Source: Octopus vulgaris
Taxonomy: Eukaryota
Assembly: GCA_951406725.2 (NCBI GenBank)
Contig: OX597826.1
Location: forward strand, 52,204,001-52,268,000
DNA length: 64,000 nucleotides
Direction: 5' to 3'
Position numbers and translations under genes: made by a program. The notes beneath the pieces are model-generated. The model made no database searches, was not told the DNA's origin, and was given only the letters and a program-made list of their open reading frames with translations. Below are positions 40,431 to 50,534 of this stretch, piece by piece. Position 1 is the stretch's first letter, and the number at the start of each line of letters is the position of its first letter.

Positions 40431-42707
40431 TTAGAGTATGTTTAGTTGTGGTCTGTATTTTTGAATAAGATTACTTTCCTTATTTATTCGTGTTTGGTCT
40501 GTGGTGTTGTCCGAGCATTGGTATAGTGGGAAGACTAAGAATTTGGGGGACTTATTGTGTGCACAAAGGTCTAAGTGTCCACTTAGTGGTATCTGTCTTG
40601 TGGAGGGGTCCCTCAGTTGTTGTCGGTGAACTGTCATTCTTTCTCTGAGGGTAAGGCTCGTTTGCCCTATGTAGTCTTCGTGGCATCCTTCACACCTTAT
40701 GACGTAGAGTAAATTTTTTGATGCGCACGTGAAATTATTTTTTATGATGAATGTGTGTCCCGAGTGGAACTTGTACGACGATCCCTCAATGAGGTGGATG
40801 CAGGTCTTGCAATTGGGGCGACCACATTTTTTGATGGTGGGCGGTGGGTTTGTGTTGTGTAATTTTGCGTTGGTGAGGAGGTTTTTTAGGGATTTAGGTT
40901 GTCTCTTACTTTTTATTATTTTATGAGCTGCCAGTATTTTTTTCAGGCGTGGGTCTTGATTTAGTTGTGGAATGTTGTTGTATATAATAGTGTAAGCTTC
41001 TGCATTCCTTGGGTTGTGTGTTGAGAGATAGGGGAGGCTATTTACTGAACTGTGGATGTGTTTGGGTTTTCGTAGGTCTTGAATGTTGATTGATTTGGCC
41101 CGTTCTATTCCGTTGTCTACTAGTGATGCCGGGTAATGTCTTTCGAGAAGAATTGCCCTTAGTTCCTGGAGTCTTCTATTTCGTGTTGTGTCATTTGAGA
41201 CAATAGTGCAGATTCTTCTCGCTAGGTTGAAGGGGATATTTGTCTTTGTGTGTTTTGGGTGATTGGAGGTGAATAGAAGGTATTGTTTAGAGTCAGTGGG
41301 TTTGTAATGGATGTCAGTTTCAATGTTGACGCCTTTTTTAATGATTAGGATGTCAAGAAAAGGGAGTTGGTCCTGACTATATTCCATTGTGAATTGAATG
41401 TTGTTATTAACACTGTTGATAAGGTTTTTGAAGTCTTTAAGTTGGTCGAGTGTGTGGGACCATAGGATGAGGCAATCATCTAAGTAGCGTTTCCAGTTCT
41501 CCAACAGGTATTTGTGGAAAGACTGGCCGTACTTATATTTGGATTTTTCATAGATATGTGATTCCAGGTAGGCCATCACCAGGTTTGCATAGGTAGGTGC
41601 AACTTTCGTACCCATTGCAGTTCCTGAGACCTGTCTGTAAGTGTTGTTGTGGAAATACATGAAGTTGTTTTGCAGAATAAATTTGAGGCCCTCAATTATG
41701 AATTCTTTTTTAATTCTTTCCGGGATCTCATTGGGATATTTATCCAGCCAGAATTTAATGGCTTCCAGTCCATATTCATGTGGGATTGTGGTGTAAAGAT
41801 TAATAACATCAAAAGAAACGATTAAGGTGTCTTTATCGGCATGTTTGGGGAGATGATTTAATAGGTCCAGGTCATCTCTTACAATACTTGGAATGTGTTT
41901 CAGTATTGGCTTTAAGATGATATCTATAAAGTTGCTAAGTCTGTGTGTTTCACAACTTGGGCCTGCCACTATTGGTCTCAGTTTGAGATCAGTGGGATGT
42001 GGTATAGTGATGCAGGTTGAAGTGGACTTTTTGCAAGCTTCTGTGATAATTTGACTCTTGTGTATTTTTGGAAGCCCATAGAGTGTGCTGGTTTTGCAAT
42101 TAGATTTAGTAATGTAGTCGCATTCCTTTGCTGTCAAGTCATTCCGGTGTTGGTAAATGAGTGCCTTCAGTTTGGTCATTGTTTTGGATTGCTGGTAGTC
42201 GACTACTCTCTCATAGTATGTGGTATCCTCTAAAAGGAGAGATACAGAGTTTTTATATTGCTCAGTATTCATAACAACGACCGTACTACCCTTATCAGCT
42301 TCCTTTATTGTGACGTTATGATTGTCTCGTAGCGTATGTATGATTTCCCATTCTCTTTTACTGGTGTTGGGTTTGAGTTTAGGTTGTGGGAGTTCACCAT
42401 AAGGGAAGTTTGAGATGTAATCGCAAAATTTGTCTAAGGTTTTGTTTTTGCCTTTTATGGGATTATAGTTGCTTTTGTTACGGACCATTGATTCGTCGTT
42501 ATTATTAGTTTTCCTGTCAAAGAATTCCTCTGTGAGGCGTAATTTTCTGCAAAAGTGTGAGATGTCATCCTGTATTTCCCTCAGGTTAGGGTATTGCGGA
42601 GTTGGGGTGAATTTTAGTCCTCTTGAAAGGATTTTTATTTGTGGTGTCGACAGGTTTAGGTTAGAGAGATTCACTATTTTTGGTTTTTCGGGGTTGGTAT
42701 CTACCAT
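40431..42707 (-). CDS. Penelope-like reverse transcriptase + GIY-YIG endonuclease (758 aa, intact)
   Basis: PLE N-terminal IVNLS..LS......LSRGLKFTPT. RT motifs YGLPKIHK, LRPIV, SFDVINLYTTIP, GTAMGTKVAPTYANL, RYLDD, FLD. Cys motif CGRPNCKTC. Endonuclease LLYVIRCEGCHEDYIGQT...RERM..HR. Confidence 0.97.
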   Translation of the reverse strand: MVDTNPEKPKIVNLSNLNLSTPQIKILSRGLKFTPTPQYPNLREIQDDISHFCRKLRLTEEFFDRKTNNNDESMVRNKSNYNPIKGKNKTLDKFCDYISNFPYGELPQPKLKPNTSKREWEIIHTLRDNHNVTIKEADKGSTVVVMNTEQYKNSVSLLLEDTTYYERVVDYQQSKTMTKLKALIYQHRNDLTAKECDYITKSNCKTSTLYGLPKIHKSQIITEACKKSTSTCITIPHPTDLKLRPIVAGPSCETHRLSNFIDIILKPILKHIPSIVRDDLDLLNHLPKHADKDTLIVSFDVINLYTTIPHEYGLEAIKFWLDKYPNEIPERIKKEFIIEGLKFILQNNFMYFHNNTYRQVSGTAMGTKVAPTYANLVMAYLESHIYEKSKYKYGQSFHKYLLENWKRYLDDCLILWSHTLDQLKDFKNLINSVNNNIQFTMEYSQDQLPFLDILIIKKGVNIETDIHYKPTDSKQYLLFTSNHPKHTKTNIPFNLARRICTIVSNDTTRNRRLQELRAILLERHYPASLVDNGIERAKSINIQDLRKPKHIHSSVNSLPYLSTHNPRNAEAYTIIYNNIPQLNQDPRLKKILAAHKIIKSKRQPKSLKNLLTNAKLHNTNPPPTIKKCGRPNCKTCIHLIEGSSYKFHSGHTFIIKNNFTCASKNLLYVIRCEGCHEDYIGQTSLTLRERMTVHRQQLRDPSTRQIPLSGHLDLCAHNKSPKFLVFPLYQCSDNTTDQTRINKESNLIQKYRPQLNIL

Positions 42708-42735
42708 CTGGTGTCGTGGAAACTGATGCCCTTGC

Positions 42736-44046
42736 CTAAAAAAGGAATCCTGGGGTTCTTCTATCTGCGGTATTTTGCTGTATGTGATTCTGTCCCCCGT
42801 TGATATGTTGTCTGTTGAAGAGGTTTTGGTTGTTGTGATTCTGTCCCCCGTTGATATGTTGTCTGTTGAAGAGGTTTTGGTTGTTCCAGGGTCTGGGTTG
42901 TTGGTGTGGCCTCCTGGAAGAGTTTTGGTTATTCCAGGGTCTGGGTTGTTTGTCCTGGGTGTAATGTTGGTTCCTTAGAGTGGGTTGGAAATTACATTCA
43001 TGGTTTAGAAGTGAATTCCTATATGTTGGGGGAGAACTCTGAGTTAGGAGCGGTTTGGGTTGGAATCTACAATCATAGTTCAGAGATGGGTTTCTAAGTG
43101 ATGGGTAGGATCTCCGAATCTGGAACGGTTCTTGTGTGGGTTGGGGTCTACGTTGTCTGGTAAAGTTTTGTCTTGTGATGATGGGTGTCTCGGTTCTTTT
43201 GATGGGATTGTAGTGCTGTCTGTAAGTTCTGTTGTTGTTGTTGTCGATGTTAGGGGTGGTGTGTGTTCGGTGTTTTGTGGTTGGTTTTCTTTGTTTTTGG
43301 CGAGGGGTGTGAGTTGAGGTAGATATTTTAAAATATGGGTTGCTTGAAAGGTGTTCCTTTGTGAACTCTGTTTCATAATTGGCGAACCAGCTGTTTTTTT
43401 CCATTCGCTGGAGGGATGTTAGTTCTTCATCCTCGCAGTTTTTTCTCCAGAGTTTGGTGGTTTCATCAAGGAGTGCTCCTTCACAGTGTTTTGAGATTTC
43501 AATCTGCATTTCATTGTCAAGGGTCTTGAATTTTTCTTCACTGGCGTTGGCTCTGAGCCGCAAGAGTTCTACTTCCGTTTTGAATTTTTCAAAAGCTAGT
43601 TTCTCCCTGAGGTTTTTTTGGTTTTCTGGTTCATTTTGGATGGGTTTTATTTGTAGTTTTCTGGGTAGGATGATAGGGGTGGAGTTGAGCCACTTTTCAT
43701 AAATGTCAGCTTTGTTGCTATTTTTTATGAAATTCCAGAAGGCAAACTTACGCGCTTTGAGATTTTTACTCCAGGTGTTGTTAAGAGAGCTTTTAACTGA
43801 GAAGCAGTCTTTAGTTTGCTCCTGCTTTGGGAGCACTGCCGTCTCTATGGATTTCATTAGGTTTTGCAGTGTTGGGATGATGTCAGGGATTTGATTGGTT
43901 GTTTTGGCCTCCATGAGTCCATTTAGGTATAAGTGCGATTGTTCGACTTTGTTTATTATGGTTGAAAGTTTCGAGGAGATTTCTTGTAATTCTTTTAGGA
44001 TATTTTGGTTCATTAAAGATTCTGCTTGTTGTGATTTGGGTGGCAT
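42736..44046 (-). CDS. PLE ORF1 (436 aa from first ATG): helical/coiled-coil N-half, basic and N/Q/R/P-rich disordered C-half
   Basis: Long open frame inside the element unit, same strand and base composition as the RT ORF. ATG at 44046 (MPPKSQ) just after the pseudo-LTR. Confidence 0.82.
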   Translation of the reverse strand: MPPKSQQAESLMNQNILKELQEISSKLSTIINKVEQSHLYLNGLMEAKTTNQIPDIIPTLQNLMKSIETAVLPKQEQTKDCFSVKSSLNNTWSKNLKARKFAFWNFIKNSNKADIYEKWLNSTPIILPRKLQIKPIQNEPENQKNLREKLAFEKFKTEVELLRLRANASEEKFKTLDNEMQIEISKHCEGALLDETTKLWRKNCEDEELTSLQRMEKNSWFANYETEFTKEHLSSNPYFKISTSTHTPRQKQRKPTTKHRTHTTPNIDNNNNRTYRQHYNPIKRTETPIITRQNFTRQRRPQPTQEPFQIRRSYPSLRNPSLNYDCRFQPKPLLTQSSPPTYRNSLLNHECNFQPTLRNQHYTQDKQPRPWNNQNSSRRPHQQPRPWNNQNLFNRQHINGGQNHNNQNLFNRQHINGGQNHIQQNTADRRTPGFLF

Positions 44047-44210
44047 TTTCGGGACTCGTGTGATGTTTATATATATATAAAAAAGTTGAGTTGTGGGGTA
44101 TCGCACGAGTGGGATTATATATGAAAAAAGGTTTGAAAATGCAATTTAAACGATGTTTATTTACTTAACCGGTTTCACTCTTTGTTAAAAAGATTGTCAA
44201 AAGATTGTCA

Positions 44211-45223
44211 AAAGCTGACATTTATGAAAAGTGGCTCAACTCCACCCCTATCATCCTACCCAGAAAACTACAAATAAAACCCATCCAAAATGAACCAGAA
44301 AACCAAAAAAACCTCAGGAGAAACTAGCTTTTGAAAAATTCAAAACGGAAGTAGAACTCTTGCGGCTCAGAGCCAACGCCAGTGAAGAAAAATTCAAGAC
44401 CCTTGACAATGAAATGCAGATTGAAATCTCAAAACACTGTGAAGGAGCACTCCTTGATGAAACCACCAAACTCTGGAGAAAAAACTGCGAGGATGAAGAA
44501 CTAACATCCCTCCAGCGAATGGAAAAAAACAGCTGGTTCGCCAATTATGAAACAGAGTTCACAAAGGAACACCTTTCAAGCAACCCATATTTTAAAATAT
44601 CTACCTCAACTCACACCCCTCGCCAAAAACAAAGAAAACCAACCACAAAACACCGAACACACACCACCCCTAACATCGACAACAACAACAACAGAACTTA
44701 CAGACAGCACTACAATCCCATCAAAAGAACCGAGACACCCATCATCACAAGACAAAACTTTACCAGACAACGTAGACCCCAACCCACACAAGAACCGTTC
44801 CAGATTCGGAGATCCTACCCATCACTTAGAAACCCATCTCTGAACTATGATTGTAGATTCCAACCCAAACCGCTCCTAACTCAGAGTTCTCCCCCAACAT
44901 ATAGGAATTCACTTCTAAACCATGAATGTAATTTCCAACCCACTCTAAGGAACCAACATTACACCCAGGACAAACAACCCAGACCCTGGAATAACCAAAA
45001 CTCTTCCAGGAGGCCACACCAACAACCCAGACCCTGGAACAACCAAAACCTCTTCAACAGACAACATATCAACGGGGGACAGAATCACAACAACCAAAAC
45101 CTCTTCAACAGACAACATATCAACGGGGGACAGAATCACATACAGCAAAATACCGCAGATAGAAGAACCCCCAGGATTCCTTTTTTAGGCAAGGGCATCA
45201 GTTTCCACGACACCAGATGGTAG
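44211..45223 (+). pseudogene. 5'-truncated ORF1 of the inverted copy
   Basis: Peptide identical to ORF1 apart from the last residues. 1-nt deletion near 44317. Stop overlaps the RT ATG (ATGGTAG). Confidence 0.8.
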
Positions 45224-47492
45224 ATACCAACCCCGAAAAACCAAAAATAGTGAATCTCTCTAACCTAAACCTGTCGACACCACAAATAAAAATCCTTTCA
45301 AGAGGACTAAAATTCACCCCAACTCCGCAATACCCTAACCTGAGGGAAATACAGGATGACATCTCACACTTTTGCAGAAAATTACGCCTCACAGAGGAAT
45401 TCTTTGACAGGAAAACTAATAATAACGACGAATCAATGGTCCGTAACAAAAGCAACTATAATCCCATAAAAGGCAAAAACAAAACCTTAGACAAATTTTG
45501 CGATTACATCTCAAACTTCCCTTATGGTGAACTCCCACAACCTAAACTCAAACCCAACACCAGTAAAAGAGAATGGGAAATCATACATACGCTACGAGAC
45601 AATCATAACGTCACAATAAAGGAAGCTGATAAGGGTAGTACGGTCGTTGTTATGAATACTGAGCAATATAAAAACTCTGTATCTCTCCTTTTAGAGGATA
45701 CCACATACTATGAGAGAGTAGTCGACTACCAGCAATCCAAAACAATGACCAAACTGAAGGCACTCATTTACCAACACCGGAATGACTTGACAGCAAAGGA
45801 ATGCGACTACATTACTAAATTTAATTGCAAAACCAGCACACTCTATGGGCTTCCAAAAATACACAAGAGTCAAATTATCACAGAAGCTTGCAAAAAGTCC
45901 ACTTCAACCTGCATCACTATACCACATCCCACTGATCTCAAACTGAGACCAATAGTGGCAGGCCCAAGTTGTGAAACACACAGACTTAGCAACTTTATAG
46001 ATATCATCTTAAAGCCAATACTGAAACACATTCCAAGTATTGTAAGAGATGACCTGGACCTATTAAATCATCTCCCCAAACATGCCGATAAAGACACCTT
46101 AATCGTTTCTTTTGATGTTATTAATCTTTACACCACAATCCCACATGAATATGGACTGGAAGCCATTAAATTCTGGCTGGATAAATATCCCAATGAGATC
46201 CCGGAAAGAATTAAAAAAGAATTCATAATTGAGGGCCTCAAATTTATTCTGCAAAACAACTTCATGTATTTCCACAACAACACTTACAGACAGGTCTCAG
46301 GAACTGCAATGGGTACGAAAGTTGCACCTACCTATGCAAACCTGGTGATGGCCTACCTGGAATCACATATCTATGAAAAATCCAAATATAAGTACGGCCA
46401 GTCTTTCCACAAATACCTGTTGGAGAACTGGAAACGCTACTTAGATGATTGCCTCATCCTATGGTCCCACACACTCGACCAACTTAAAGACTTCAAAAAC
46501 CTTATCAACAGTGTTAATAACAACATTCAATTCACAATGGAATATAGTCAGGACCAACTCCCTTTTCTTGACATCCTAATCATTAAAAAAGGCGTCAACA
46601 TTGAAACTGACATCCATTACAAACCCACTGACTCTAAACAATACCTTCTATTCACCTCCAATCACCCAAAACACACAAAGACAAATATCCCCTTCAACCT
46701 AGCGAGAAGAATCTGCACTATTGTCTCAAATGACACAACACGAAATAGAAGACTCCGGGAACTAAGGGCAATTCTTCTCGAAAGACATTACCCGGCATCA
46801 CTAGTAGACAACGGAATAGAACGGGCCAAATCAATCAACATTCAAGACCTACGAAAACCCAAACACATCCACAGTTCAGTAAATAGCCTCCCCTATCTCT
46901 CAACACACAACCCAAGGAATGCAGAAGCTTACACTATTATATACAACAACATTCCACAACTAAATCAAGACCCACGCCTGAAAAAAATACTGGCAGCTCA
47001 TAAAATAATAAAAAGTAAGAGACAACCTAAATCCCTAAAAACCTCCTCACCAACGCAAAATTACACAACACAAACCCACCGCCCACCATCAAAAAATGTG
47101 GTCGCCCCAATTGCAAGACCTGCATCCACCTCATTGAGGGATCGTCGTACAAGTTCCACTCGGGACACACATTCATCATAAAAAATAATTTCACGTGCGC
47201 ATCAAAAAATTTACTCTACGTCATAAGGTGTGAAGGATGCCACGAAGACTACATAGGGCAAACGAGCCTTACCCTCAGAGAAAGAATGACAGTTCACCGA
47301 CAACAACTGAGGGACCCCTCCACAAGACAGATACCACTAAGTGGACACTTAGACCTTTGTGCACACAATAAGTCCCCCAAATTCTTAGTCTTCCCACTAT
47401 ACCAATGCTCGGACAACACCACAGACCAAACACGAATAAATAAGGAAAGTAATCTTATTCAAAAATACAGACCACAACTAAACATACTCTAA
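45217..47492 (+). pseudogene. RT/GIY-YIG ORF of the inverted copy, with a 1-nt frameshift near 47040
   Basis: A5 vs A6 run relative to the minus copy splits it into 45217-47181 and a downstream frame ending at 47492. Could be a sequencing homopolymer error. Confidence 0.85.
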
Positions 47493-47913
47493 CATACCCC
47501 CTGGGCACACATCCAGAGCAGGCACACAGGGGCACGCGCACACTCACAGCATATCGTGCGGGTGGGCACATGCGCGCATCGGCACGCATAGGACACACTA
47601 GCGGGCATTGACCGCACACATACGTGGCACGCACACGCATGCATTATATATATGTAGGTTATGTATGTGTGTGAGTGTTGTGTGTGTGTGTGTGAGTGTG
47701 CACGTTGTGTGTGTGTGTGTGCGCGTGTGTTTATGTGTGTGTGTGTGTGTGCACTGTGTGCGTGTGTGTATGTGTGTGTGTGTGCGCGCGTTGTGTGTGT
47801 GTGTGTGCACGTGTGTATATATGTGTGTGTGTGTGCACTGTGTGCGTGTGTGTGTGTATGTGTGTGTGTGTGAGCATTGTGTACGAGTGTATGTATTTAC
47901 ATGTGTATTTGTT

Positions 47914-47947
<34 letters not shown>

Positions 47948-48742
47948 CTGTGTGTGTATATGCATGGTATGTGTGTATATGTGAGTACATTGTTTGTGTG
48001 TGTGTGCGGTATGTAGAGATATATTTGAGTGTGTACACTATAGGTTTGTATTTTGTGTGTGTGGGTGTGTGTGTGAATTTTATATATATATGTGTGTGTA
48101 TGTGTGTGAAAAAATATATGTATGTGCATGTATGTATGTATGTATATGTGTATATATATATATATATGTGTATATATATATATGTGTGTGTGTATGTGTG
48201 TGTGTGTATATATATTTTCATGTATATGGGTGTATAAACATGTGCATTATTTGCATGCGCATTGTGTATATGTATATTGTATGTATGTGTATTGTATATG
48301 TATGTGTACAATTAAGTGTATATATGTGTGTATGTGTGCATTGTATATATGTATATTGTAAGTGTGCTATATATACATGAATACATGTATATACGTTGCG
48401 TGTATATATATGTATGCATTGTGTATGTATGTTATGTGTGTGTGTGTCTATATATTTTATATGTATGCGTACGTGTATGTGTATGCATTGTATGTATGTA
48501 TATTGTGTGTATATGTGGTATATCTATGTATGTGTATGTAAACACTATTTATATGTATATATGTATATATGTATATGCATTGTCTATATATATATATATT
48601 ATATGTATGTATTGCGTATGTATATTGCATGCATATATTGTGTATGTGTATTATATACATGCTGTGTATGTGTATTGTATGTGTATATATATGCTAGGTG
48701 TATTTGTGTGATATTTATATTATGTATATATGTGTGCGTGTG

Positions 48743-48790
<48 letters not shown>

Positions 48791-49542
48791 TTTATATATG
48801 TGTGTATATTATATATAAATACATGTTATATTTGTGTGCTGTGTGTATATATTATATATGTGGGTGCGTTGTGTGTGTGTGTGTTCTGTGTGTGTGTGTG
48901 TTGTGTGTATGTGGTGTGTGTGTGTATACTATGTGTGTGTGTGTATTGTTGTTGTGTGTGTGTGTGTATATATGTGTGTGACAAACAGACGCTGTCTGAC
49001 CAGCAGGCACACGGACACATCTATTCACACCCGCATACTCACCTCCCAATAACCCCAAAGTCACTGATGCTTGAAGGGGAAGTATAAACCAAATTGGGTA
49101 CATATCTTTTTTTCTCTCAATTCAACTTTTCTGCTAAAACAAACAGGTCAGTAAAAAACAAATTCTCGCCTTCGATTCAAAATATTCTGAGATGTCTAAA
49201 ATATCCATTTTAATTTTCTCTGTCAATATTACAAGCTTTCTCACCAAACTATTACACTTCCTTATGTCTTTAACATGTCATTTCTACCAAAGACTGTATA
49301 TATATACATGTAATGTGACAATTTGCGACAACCAATAATTAACGCAACCAAATTTCCAATAATATATTTGTTTTATTCTTTTCTGCCAATTTTTCCAAAT
49401 ATTCTCATCACACTATTGAACTTTTTTATACTATATTTATACATGTAATGTGACAATTATGTATAAAAAAACATTTTTGAATTCATAATATTCAATGTGA
49501 CAATTATGTAAAAAACTTTTTTTGAACCCATAATATTCAATG

Positions 49543-49588
49543 TTACTTTTGACAATCTTTTTAACAAAGAGTGAAACCGGTTAAGTAA
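49543..49588 (+). ncRNA. Minimal variant hammerhead motif (PLE 3' end)
   Basis: TTACTT-TTGACAA-TCTTT ttaac AAAGA gt-GAAA-CCGG-TT-AAGTAA. 6-bp stem I, U3/A8 compensatory core, palindromic ACCGGT stem III. Base of stem II irregular. Confidence 0.55.
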
Positions 49589-49667
49589 ATAAACATCGTT
49601 TAAATTGCATTTTCAAACCTTTTTTCATATATATATATATATATATATTTATGTGCTTTCTGAGTAT

Positions 49668-49726
49668 ATTCCACTGATGAAGGCACAGCATTTTCTATGC
49701 AGAGCCAGAAATCGGGGATCTGGAAT
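49668..49726 (+). ncRNA. Type I hammerhead ribozyme of a different, older element
   Basis: ATTCCA-CTGATGA-aGGC..GCAT tttct ATGC..GCCa-GAAA-TC ggg GA-TC-TGGAAT. Predicted cleavage after 49720. Confidence 0.75.
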
Positions 49727-50496
49727 TATCCAGTATTTTTTTTTGCTAGTTTATTTTGTCTTTTTGTCTTCTCTCCTGGTGCTGTATGAATATTTAATGT
49801 GGGTTTAGAGTCAAGTTTTGACTGCTATTTCCAGCGTGGTGGTATCTCTTAGATACCCTAAATTATAATTTTGAATGTATATGTATATATATTTCGTTCC
49901 TCACTATAGCAGCCAATTTTTTGGCCTTCTATGATGTGAGTATGGTTTAAATTGTTATCCGCATTTTAGAGTAAGATAAAATACCCTGATTAAGTGTTGT
50001 TTTGTGTTAAAAATTATATGAACGTCAGAAACCACCCCATCCCGGCTTTTCCATCGCCGTAAAATAAATAATTCTGATCATGCACTAATGGATATCTCAT
50101 GTTATAAAACGGGAAAAATATTGATAAGATTTGCACTTGGGTGACAGTGTCTTTGTGCAAAGCTATTCACGGCTTCATCCAAAGAAAAAATGAGTCATTA
50201 GTAAAAAAAGTCAGGTAAAAATAACAACTTTGAGTACGAATGCAGAAATTTTTGTAGAAAGGAAGTGCTGCTTTTTCTATCAATTGAAGATGAGCAATAT
50301 TTCAGAATACAAACAAACAAAATTCAATCAAAACTAAGCCCAGATAAAAATCAAATAGTATTGTCGGGAAACAGGAAATTACAGAAGCAGACAAAGGAAT
50401 AAACCAGAAAATAACCCGAGCAGTAAAAATAGATGGAATATCGTAAACTTTCTCTCCTTCCCACTTCTCTCATTGTCTGTCTGTCTGTCTCTATCC

Positions 50497-50534
<38 letters not shown>

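Larger units (their letters stand above)
38243..44203 (-). mobile_element. Penelope-like element (Neptune-type), full ~5.83-kb unit plus ~130-bp partial-tandem pseudo-LTR
   Basis: ORF1, RT/GIY-YIG ORF and ~2.1-kb 3' UTR. Direct repeats at 38243-38376 and 44069-44203. 3' end merges into (TA)n. Confidence 0.95.
44211..49633 (+). mobile_element. Inverted, 5'-truncated second copy of the same Penelope-like element
   Basis: Mirror of 38289-43713 with few substitutions and homopolymer/microsatellite indels. Starts inside ORF1 and ends in (TA)n. Confidence 0.95.

Noticed and set aside
44047-44106. GTG-initiated 20-aa extension of ORF1 given in the ORF track
   Set aside because: Eukaryotic context. 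It crosses the (TA) tract of the pseudo-LTR, so ATG 44046 is the plausible start.
40729-45873. Short ORFs antisense to, or overlapping, the PLE ORFs
   Set aside because: Shadow frames of the real ORFs with no motifs.
49055-49125. ctgatg...gaa motif in the PLE 3' UTR considered as HHR or SECIS
   Set aside because: No closing stems, and no in-frame TGA in the RT ORF.
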